64,000 nt of DNA from an uncultured Gammaproteobacteria bacterium (GTDB lineage: Bacteria; Patescibacteriota; Patescibacteriia; Patescibacteriales; UBA12465). The translations under genes and the position numbers were made by a program. The DNA is taken from contig CAZPPL010000003.1 in assembly GCA_964588465.1 (NCBI GenBank), positions 40,545-104,544 of the forward strand, in the 5' to 3' direction. This document shows, piece by piece, positions 57,068-64,000 of this stretch (its first letter is position 1; the number at the start of each line of letters is the position of its first letter). A model generated the notes under the pieces. It had not been told where the DNA came from, did no database searches, and saw only the letters and a list, made by a program, of their open reading frames with translations.

Positions 57068-57100
57068 ATTATTTAATAATAATTAATAATATATAAACAT

Positions 57101-57628
57101 ATGTTAGGATCAAAAACTAAGAAGAATCTAGAAGATGCTTTTGCAGGTGAGTCTATGGCTCGTAATAAATATGATTATTTTGCCTCTGTTGCCAAGAAGT
57201 CTGGTTATGAGCAAATCTCTAATATATTTAAAGAAACCGCTCTCAACGAGAAAGAACATGCTAAAATTTGGGCTAAGCAATTAGGGCTTATTGATGATTT
57301 AGAAGCCAATTTAGCAGCAGCAGTAAAAGGAGAGCTTTATGAGAATAGTGAAATGTATCCCCGCATGGCGGCTGAAGCTTTAGAGGAAGGGCACGAAGAT
57401 ATTGCTAAATTATTTACCGAAGTGGGTAAAGCTGAAAAAGGTCATCAAACTCGTTATCAAAAATTATTAGACAATATTAAGGCTGGTAAGGTTTTCAAGC
57501 GACCAGAAATTAAGAAATGGAAATGTCTCAATTGTGGCTACATCTACGAGGGAACAGAGCCACCAAAGGTTTGTCCAGCTTGTAATCATCCACAGAGCTA
57601 TTTTGAGATTTGGATTGAAACTTATTAA
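57101..57628 (+). CDS. Rubrerythrin
   Basis: Four-helix diiron motifs (ESMARNKY, NEKEHAKIW, ELYENSEMYP, AEKGHQTRY) plus a C-terminal rubredoxin-like WKCLNCG...CPACNHP. Confidence 0.9.
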   Translation: MLGSKTKKNLEDAFAGESMARNKYDYFASVAKKSGYEQISNIFKETALNEKEHAKIWAKQLGLIDDLEANLAAAVKGELYENSEMYPRMAAEALEEGHEDIAKLFTEVGKAEKGHQTRYQKLLDNIKAGKVFKRPEIKKWKCLNCGYIYEGTEPPKVCPACNHPQSYFEIWIETY

Positions 57629-57657
57629 AGAAAATTTACAAATTAAGAAATAAATAT

Positions 57658-57795
57658 ATGAGTAATCGTCTCGGAAAGGTTTATTTTTGTCCAGTATGTG
57701 GCAACGAAGTTAAATTTGAAAAAGATGGTGGAGGTACTTTAATTTGTTGCGGTCAGAATATGCAGATTAAGAAGACGGACTTTGATAAAGAATAA
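57658..57795 (+). CDS. Desulforedoxin-like small Fe(Cys)4 protein (45 aa, not in ORF track)
   Basis: Translation MSNRLGKVYFCPVCGNEVKFEKDGGGTLICCGQNMQIKKTDFDKE. The CxxC...GGGxLxCCG pattern matches desulforedoxin and the desulfoferrodoxin N-terminal domain. Confidence 0.8.
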   Translation: MSNRLGKVYFCPVCGNEVKFEKDGGGTLICCGQNMQIKKTDFDKE

Positions 57796-57849
57796 TAATT
57801 TCTTAAAATTTGAGTTTGTTAAGTAGATTTCGGCTATAGCCGAAATTCT

Positions 57850-57920
57850 GCGGGATTCGTATAGTGGTAGTACAGGAGTCTCCAAAACTTCTAGCGGGGG
57901 TTCGATTCCCTCATCCCGTG
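57850..57920 (+). tRNA. tRNA-Trp (anticodon CCA)
   Basis: GCGGGAT TC GTAT AGTGGTA GTAC A GGAGT CTCCAAA ACTTC TAGC GGGGG TTCGATT CCCTC ATCCCGT G. Confidence 0.85.
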
Positions 57921-57925
57921 CCTAG

Positions 57926-57956
57926 AAAATACAGCCAAATTAGCTGTATTTTTTTT
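57926..57956 (+). terminator. Rho-independent terminator after tRNA-Trp
   Basis: AAAATACAGC-N7-GCTGTATTTT followed by a T run. Confidence 0.65.
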
Positions 57957-58182
57957 AGTATTTAAAATAATAATATTGGTTTGAGTTCATATTTTCTATA
58001 ATTTTGCTATACTAATAATAGGATAACTTAAATATAAATACTGGCTTTACAAAATCTTTTGTTTTATCAATAAATTAATAATTTAATTTTTTAGTCCTAT
58101 TAATTTTTTTATTCAAGTAATTAGAATTACTCTTATCCAAATTATTTCAGTTTTTGGGATTTTTTTCGTTCTAGGATTTTTA

Positions 58183-58890
58183 TTGTCGGAAATCCAATTA
58201 GCTACTTTAAAAAATTATAGTCGTTCTATTGGCTGGCGCGGGATACTATGGACCGCTTGGCTGGGGACACCAGTTCATGAGTATGGTCATGCCTTTTTTG
58301 CTTTATTATTTAAGCATAAAATTAATAATATTGTACTATTTTCTCCTAACCCGCACACGGGAGAATTAGGTTATGTTAATCACTCTTATAATAAAAGAAA
58401 TATTTATCAGAATGCTGGGAATTTTTTTATTGGTTTGGCTCCTTTAATTTTTGGCCCTTTGCTCCTAGTTTTTTTACTTTATGCTTTACTCCCTCAGGGG
58501 AAAGAAATATTTAATCAATTATCAAATAGTATAAGTTCGTTTCCTTTATTTATTGTGGGTATTCGGAAATCTTTAGCCTTATTATTTTCCCCACTTAATA
58601 TAAGTAGTATCCGTTTCTGGATTTTTCTTTATGTTTCTTTTGCTATTGCTTCTCACTTAGCTCCGAGTCGGGCAGATCTTCGTGGTGCTTGGCATGGAGG
58701 TTTGTTAATTTTAGCCATTCTGTTCTTATTTAATATTATAGCCACCCTATATCATTGGGATCTGGCGAGATATATTATAAATATCAATTATCTTTTAGCT
58801 AGCCTTATTACGGTCTATATTTATGTTTTGCTCATCTCCATAATCCATTTTCTACTGTCTTTCTTAATTTTATGGCCTTGGCGTAAATAG
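58183..58890 (+). CDS. Membrane-embedded HExxH zinc-metalloprotease-like protein
   Basis: The HEYGHAF motif precedes ~5 TM helices. The first canonical start is TTG at 58183, but the frame is open and hydrophobic from 58087. Confidence 0.6.
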   Translation: MSEIQLATLKNYSRSIGWRGILWTAWLGTPVHEYGHAFFALLFKHKINNIVLFSPNPHTGELGYVNHSYNKRNIYQNAGNFFIGLAPLIFGPLLLVFLLYALLPQGKEIFNQLSNSISSFPLFIVGIRKSLALLFSPLNISSIRFWIFLYVSFAIASHLAPSRADLRGAWHGGLLILAILFLFNIIATLYHWDLARYIININYLLASLITVYIYVLLISIIHFLLSFLILWPWRK

Positions 58891-59039
58891 TCCTATAATT
58901 AAGCTTAAACCTAAAATCTAACTTGATTCTGGCGATGGAATGATAATGGTAGCTAAAACCCTATTTGAATTTAATAGCTTTTAGTGTTATCTTAACATTG
59001 TAATTTAATAATAGTTTAATTAATTTAATTTAATTTCAT

Positions 59040-59246
59040 ATGAATATACAATTTAAGTTAAACGGACTTTCTTGCGAAGGTTGCGTGAAGACTAGTGAAG
59101 ATAGAATTAGCAAAATTAATGGCGTTTCTACTGTAAAAGTAGATTTAGATAGCGGTTCGGCCGATATTGAGGCAAATCGCGATGTCAATTTAGCAGAGCT
59201 TAATAGGGCTTTAGAAGGTACTGGATATACAGCAGAAGCTAATTAA
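59040..59246 (+). CDS. copZ: Heavy-metal-associated (CopZ-like) metallochaperone
   Basis: 68 aa with the GLSCEGC metal-binding motif and a ferredoxin-like HMA length. Confidence 0.85.
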   Translation: MNIQFKLNGLSCEGCVKTSEDRISKINGVSTVKVDLDSGSADIEANRDVNLAELNRALEGTGYTAEAN

Positions 59247-59270
59247 TAATTCATTACAAAATTTAATAAT

Positions 59271-61994
59271 ATGATCAAGATATATCTAAAGATTAAGGGC
59301 ATGCATTGCTCGTCTTGTGAACAGATACTTACCCAAGAATTGAGTGGTTTAGGAGGGATGAGTAATATTTCGGTTAATTATAAAACCGGGAAGGCGGAAT
59401 TTGTGTCCCAAGAGTTTAATCAGTCTATACAAGCAGATATCTCCAAAGCAGTTATAAAAGCTGGTTATACGCTTGAAGATATTACTACTAAATCAGAGGA
59501 GTTAGTGTCAGAATCAGATTCGGATGATCAACTAAAAAATTTGGATAGTAATCAGTTAGAGATTCTAAATCAAGGAATTGCCGAACAAGAAGCAGCAACA
59601 AATAAAGCAGAAAGTTCCCAGACTGGTTCTAACAAGGATCAAAAAACTAATCAACGAGTCATGCTATCTTTAAGTGGCATGCATTGTGCTTCCTGCGCAA
59701 ATATTATTGAACGTTCTTTAAATAAGCTACCTGGAGTCAAAGAGGGTAATGTTAATTTTGCAGCAGAAAAAGCTTCAATTTTATTTAATAGTTCACAAGT
59801 ACAGGTAGCGGATCTTATTAAAGCGGTTAAATCAGCAGGTTATAAGGCGGAACTACCAGATAGTAAAAATCCAGAGTTTGAATCTAATAAACGAGCAGCA
59901 GAAATAAAAGATTATTGGCAAAAATTCATTTTTAGTCTGGTATTGAGTTTGCCTTTATTTTACTTCATGCTGCTAGATTTCTTTAAATGGTTGCCTGGGG
60001 GTAGTATATTGCCACCTTATTTTGGTATTATTTCTTTAATTCTAGTAACTCCAGTTCAATTTATAATTGGAGCTAATTTTTATAAAGGAATGTGGTCGGG
60101 TTTACGGATGAAAACTTTTAATATGGATAGTCTAGTAGCTATTGGTACTTCCACCGCTTACTTCTACAGTTTAGCTTACTATATTATATATGTGGTGCGT
60201 ACTCACTCTTTAATTGGTTTAAATGGAGTTGAGATTCCCGAATTATATTTTGAAACTGCCGCTTTCTTAATTACTTTTGTAATTTTAGGTAAATGGTTGG
60301 AGACTAGTGCTAAGGGGAAAACCTCTGATTCCATCAAGAAGTTAATGGGTTTACAAGCAAAAACCGCTCGAGTCATTCGTGAGGGACAAGCTCAGGATAT
60401 CCCAGTTGACGAAGTTATAGAAGGGGATATAGTTATGGTTCGTCCCGGAGAAAAAATTCCTGTGGATGGTCAGATTACTAAAGGGAGTTCTACGGTTAAT
60501 GAGTCTATGATTACTGGTGAAAGTATCCCCGTAGAAAAAAAAGTAGGGGATAAAGTTATTGGGGCCGCTATTAATAAGACTGGTAGTTTTGAATTTAAAG
60601 CTACGCGAGTGGGTTCAGAAACTACTCTAGCGCAGATTATTCGTTTAGTAGAAGAAGCTCAGGGGTCTAAAGCTCCAATTCAAGGTTTCGCCGATAAAAT
60701 TGCTGCTGTTTTTGTACCCGTAGTTATAGGTTCAGCTATCCTCACTTTTCTAGTTTGGTATTTTCTCTTAGGTGCTGGTTTAACTTTTGCTCTCATGACC
60801 TTTACCGCGGTGATAGTTATCGCTTGCCCTTGTGCTTTAGGTCTAGCTACTCCTACAGCGATTATGGTTGGCACTGGGCGAGGGGCTGAAAAAGGTATTT
60901 TAATTAAAGGCGGAGGGCCTTTAGAAGAGGCTTGTAAAGTCAAAGCTATTGTCTTTGATAAAACTGGTACGGTAACTATAGGAAAACCAGAGGTAACCGA
61001 TATAATAACTTTTGCTTCAAAAAATAAAGACGAAATTATTAGTTTAGTTGGCAGTCTAGAGAAGTTATCTGAGCATCCTCTAGCCGAAGCAATCTATAGC
61101 TATGCTACTAAGAAGAATTCTTCTTTGAAATCAGTTGATAATTTTTCTGCAGTGCCGGGGAAAGGTGTGATTGGTGATATTGAAGGTCTTAAATATTATT
61201 TTGGTAATCGTAAATTAATAGCTGATACAGATTCTCATATTGACCAGCTTAGTGAGGAAATTACTAAGTTAGAGAAGCAGGGCAAGACGGTTATGCTTTT
61301 AGCTAACTCTGATACATTATTAGGGGCAATTGCAGTGGCGGACACTATTAAAGAGAGCTCTCGTCAGGCCATAGCTCAACTACAAAAGATGAATCTTGAA
61401 GTTTATATGATTACTGGTGATAATGAACGCACGGCTAAAGCCGTGGCTGCTCAATTAAACATTAGTCAGGTTTTAGCTAATGTGTTGCCAGCAGAGAAGG
61501 CTGATGAAATTAAAAAGATTCAAACAAATGGTCAAAAAGTGGCTATGGTGGGCGACGGTATTAATGACGCTCCAGCTTTAGCTCAAGCTGATTTAGGTAT
61601 TGCTATGGGTAATGGAACTGATGTAGCTATGGAAGCGGGTGGGATGGTTATTATTAAGAGTGATCTTAATGACGTTATAACCGCTATTGAATTATCGCGA
61701 GAAACTGTAGCTAAGGTTAAGCAAAATTTGTTTTTTGCTTTATTCTATAATGTTATTGGTATTCCTATCGCTGCTAGAATCTTTATCTCTTTTGGTTTAA
61801 TTCTAAATCCGGAATTGGCTGGTTTAGCTATGGCTCTTAGTTCGGTATCTGTAGTGAGTAATTCTCTATTGCTTAAATATTTTCGTCCACGAAAAATCAA
61901 TTATTTGTCGCGAGTAGCTCCTTTTGTTATGGTTATCTTGTTTAGTATGATTTTCTTGGAGTTTGCTCGACTTAGTGTTACTATAGCTAAGTAG
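59271..61994 (+). CDS. copA: Copper-translocating P1B-type ATPase with two N-terminal HMA domains
   Basis: GMHCSSC and GMHCASC HMA motifs, TGES, CPC in TM6, DKTGT, and GDGINDAP. Confidence 0.94.
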   Translation: MIKIYLKIKGMHCSSCEQILTQELSGLGGMSNISVNYKTGKAEFVSQEFNQSIQADISKAVIKAGYTLEDITTKSEELVSESDSDDQLKNLDSNQLEILNQGIAEQEAATNKAESSQTGSNKDQKTNQRVMLSLSGMHCASCANIIERSLNKLPGVKEGNVNFAAEKASILFNSSQVQVADLIKAVKSAGYKAELPDSKNPEFESNKRAAEIKDYWQKFIFSLVLSLPLFYFMLLDFFKWLPGGSILPPYFGIISLILVTPVQFIIGANFYKGMWSGLRMKTFNMDSLVAIGTSTAYFYSLAYYIIYVVRTHSLIGLNGVEIPELYFETAAFLITFVILGKWLETSAKGKTSDSIKKLMGLQAKTARVIREGQAQDIPVDEVIEGDIVMVRPGEKIPVDGQITKGSSTVNESMITGESIPVEKKVGDKVIGAAINKTGSFEFKATRVGSETTLAQIIRLVEEAQGSKAPIQGFADKIAAVFVPVVIGSAILTFLVWYFLLGAGLTFALMTFTAVIVIACPCALGLATPTAIMVGTGRGAEKGILIKGGGPLEEACKVKAIVFDKTGTVTIGKPEVTDIITFASKNKDEIISLVGSLEKLSEHPLAEAIYSYATKKNSSLKSVDNFSAVPGKGVIGDIEGLKYYFGNRKLIADTDSHIDQLSEEITKLEKQGKTVMLLANSDTLLGAIAVADTIKESSRQAIAQLQKMNLEVYMITGDNERTAKAVAAQLNISQVLANVLPAEKADEIKKIQTNGQKVAMVGDGINDAPALAQADLGIAMGNGTDVAMEAGGMVIIKSDLNDVITAIELSRETVAKVKQNLFFALFYNVIGIPIAARIFISFGLILNPELAGLAMALSSVSVVSNSLLLKYFRPRKINYLSRVAPFVMVILFSMIFLEFARLSVTIAK

Positions 61995-62046
61995 GGTTTA
62001 CAATTCTAATTTATTCATTTAATTTCTTAATTATTATTTTATTTGT

Positions 62047-62784
62047 ATGGAAAATAAAGAAAAAGCAAATTTATTTCCAATTTTTGCTATTATCATTACT
62101 ATATTAATTATTATAGGAACTATATTTTTTGTTATAAGCCGTCGTTCTAGTACCTATACTCAGCCGAAAAATTATCCACTTGCTGCCACCACTTCTGTAA
62201 CGCCCAGCACACCTAGTACTAGTGGGGTGAACATTGATAGAGTTAAAATAGCTAATGAGCCTTTTATTGGTAATCCTAAGGCTCCAGTAACTATTGCTTT
62301 GTGGTTTGATTATCAATGTCCTTTCTGTAAACGTTTGGAAGAGAATACTATGCCTTCTATAATTAGTAATTATGTTAATACTGGTAAGGTAAAAGTAGTA
62401 TTTAAAGATTTTGCTTTTCTAGGGCCAGACTCTCAAACAGCCTCTTTAGTAGCCAGAGCGGTATGGGCAACTGCACCTAATAAATTTTATGAATGGTACA
62501 GTGCTATGTACACTAAACAAGATGGAGAAAATTCTGGTTGGGGGAATAAAGCGGATATTTTAGCTTTAACTAAGACTATACCAGGAATCAATTTAGCTAA
62601 AGTTGAACAACTATTAGCGACTAATAGTAGTAAATATCAACAAGAAATAGCAGCTGATAAAGCTCAGGCCTCATCTTTTGGTATTAATGGAACCCCTGCC
62701 CTTATTATTGGAAAACACCTAGTTGTTGGCGCTCAACCCTTTTCTGTAATTAAACCCTTAATTGATGCGCAATTAGGGAAATAA
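62047..62784 (+). CDS. Membrane-anchored DsbA-family thiol:disulfide oxidoreductase
   Basis: N-terminal TM helix, a thioredoxin-fold active site FDYQCPFC, and C-terminal GINGTPALIIG. Confidence 0.82.
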   Translation: MENKEKANLFPIFAIIITILIIIGTIFFVISRRSSTYTQPKNYPLAATTSVTPSTPSTSGVNIDRVKIANEPFIGNPKAPVTIALWFDYQCPFCKRLEENTMPSIISNYVNTGKVKVVFKDFAFLGPDSQTASLVARAVWATAPNKFYEWYSAMYTKQDGENSGWGNKADILALTKTIPGINLAKVEQLLATNSSKYQQEIAADKAQASSFGINGTPALIIGKHLVVGAQPFSVIKPLIDAQLGK

Positions 62785-62834
62785 TTGGATTAAACAATTA
62801 TATAAATCTTTTGTTTAAATAAATATAAGATTTT

Positions 62835-64000
62835 ATGTTACGAAGTACTCCCTTGGCTACTCATTTTCGTCCTAAGGTCTTAGCAGAATTTGTTGGCCAA
62901 GGAAAAATTATTGGTGCTCACACTTGGCTGTATCAAGCGATTAAAAATGACCAGGTTCCATCGCTCATCTTTTGGGGACCGCCTGGGAGCGGAAAGACCA
63001 CCCTCGCTCTTATCATTGCCCATGAAACTAAAGCTGAATTTGTAAGATTTTCGGCAACTTCTAATGGACTTAAAGATTTAAAAGAAGTAGTTAGTAGAGC
63101 TAAGGGAAACAAACGTCTAGGTACTGAAACTATTTTATTTATTGATGAAATCCATCGTTGGAATAAAGCCCAGCAAGACGCTCTTCTACCCCAGATAGAA
63201 GATGGGACTATCATTCTAATTGGAGCCAGTACGGAAAATCCTAGTTTTACCGTTAATAGTGCTCTATTATCACGATCTAGAATTATAGTTTTGGAGCCTT
63301 TGACTGAACTGGATTTGGAAACTATTATAATTCGGGCCGCTTCACATCTTCAGATTGAATTAAGTCGACCAGTTCGTAATTTAATTGCTAAATTAGCTAA
63401 TGGGGATGCTCGTCGTGCTCTTAATATTTTAGAAAATGCGGTAGAGAATATTGGTGGAGCATTCCAGGAAACTGGAGAAAAGATTAGAGTCAGAAGTGCT
63501 AAAAAAATTACTACGACTTTAATCAAGAATATTATTAATAAACCGAGATTGCTTTATGATAAGAACGGAGAAGAGCATTATAATTTAATTTCCGCCTTGC
63601 ATAAATCTATGCGAGGTGGTAATGCTGACGCTGCCGTTTATTACTTAGTACGTATGTTGGAGGCTGGTGAAGATCCTTTATATATTGCTAGGCGTTTGAT
63701 CCGTTTTGCTTCAGAGGATATTGGTCTGGCAAATAATAGTGCTCTCATGCTCACCACTGCAGTCTATGAAGCCTGTCAGAAGATTGGTTGGCCAGAATGT
63801 GGAGTCAATTTAGCACAAGGGGTTATCTATTTAGCTAAATCTTCCAAAAGTATTACTGCTTATTCAGCTTACCAGAAGGCTAAACAAGAAGTAGAAAATT
63901 CTGGTAATCTACCAGTGCCTCTATATCTGCGTAATGCTCCCACTGATTTGATGAAGAAACTAAATTATGGAAAGGGTTACAAATATACCCCTTTAGAAGA
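62835..64000 (+). CDS. rarA: Replication-associated recombination protein A (RarA/MgsA), partial, runs off window end
   Basis: ATG at 62835. PLATHFRPKVLAEFVGQ, Walker A FWGPPGSGKTTLA, LFIDEIHRWNK, GATTENPSF, and MgsA C-domain YDKNGEEHYNLISALHKSMRGG. Missing from the ORF track because there is no stop in the window. Confidence 0.9.
   Translation, partial: MLRSTPLATHFRPKVLAEFVGQGKIIGAHTWLYQAIKNDQVPSLIFWGPPGSGKTTLALIIAHETKAEFVRFSATSNGLKDLKEVVSRAKGNKRLGTETILFIDEIHRWNKAQQDALLPQIEDGTIILIGASTENPSFTVNSALLSRSRIIVLEPLTELDLETIIIRAASHLQIELSRPVRNLIAKLANGDARRALNILENAVENIGGAFQETGEKIRVRSAKKITTTLIKNIINKPRLLYDKNGEEHYNLISALHKSMRGGNADAAVYYLVRMLEAGEDPLYIARRLIRFASEDIGLANNSALMLTTAVYEACQKIGWPECGVNLAQGVIYLAKSSKSITAYSAYQKAKQEVENSGNLPVPLYLRNAPTDLMKKLNYGKGYKYTPLE

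Noticed and set aside
58891-59039. CopY 'cop box' (TACAnnTGTA) or CsoR operator upstream of copZ
   Set aside because: The closest sequence (..AACATTGTAA..) does not satisfy the consensus. Only a 5-bp inverted repeat (CTATT/AATAG) is present, which is indistinguishable from chance in AT-rich DNA.
1-64000. Alternative genetic code (UGA recoding, as in some CPR lineages), CRISPR arrays, and transposases, integrases or prophage
   Set aside because: Long conserved genes are intact under the standard code, and several genes terminate at TGA (for example the SPFH gene at 53255-53257). I found no repeat-spacer periodicity and no recombinase-like ORFs.

Overview
The window is AT-rich and very gene-dense, with about 70 CDS, 6 tRNAs and mostly tiny intergenic gaps. 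Long ORFs are intact under the standard code. The gene content suggests a small-genome Patescibacteria/CPR-like bacterium: many secreted or membrane proteins of unknown function, tandem GT2 glycosyltransferases, a T4SS-pilin-like small protein and PEGA/beta-propeller surface proteins. That lineage call is inference only. I found no rRNA, CRISPR array, transposase, integrase or prophage genes. Recognisable blocks are: miaB-miaA; a minus-strand dTTP block (dCMP deaminase, tandem-domain ThyX, P-loop kinase, tmk, dut, followed by gatB); three GT2 genes plus galU; murA; rplU; recR-ybaB-dnaB; fmt and def; a clpB / membrane-anchored Clp-like divergent pair; pgk-eno plus a short iPGM-like gene, with tpiA nearby; gyrB; Rrf2-sufCBDSU; an SPFH two-gene operon; mutM; rpmG; rubrerythrin plus an unlisted 45-aa desulforedoxin; copZ-copA-dsbA-like; and partial rarA. 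The observations most worth a second look are these. (1) A divergent Hsp100 locus has a perfect CIRCE operator on the clpB promoter, a ClpB carrying a ClpA/ClpC-style I-G-F loop, and a transmembrane-anchored Clp paralogue whose first ATPase module looks dead. (2) An iPGM homologue lacks the whole transferase domain and most metal ligands. (3) A tandem ThyX has the ThyX motif split between its two halves. (4) A three-gene envelope module contains an HtrA-like protein in which I cannot find the catalytic His and Asp. All function calls come from reading motifs by eye, and no database search was possible.
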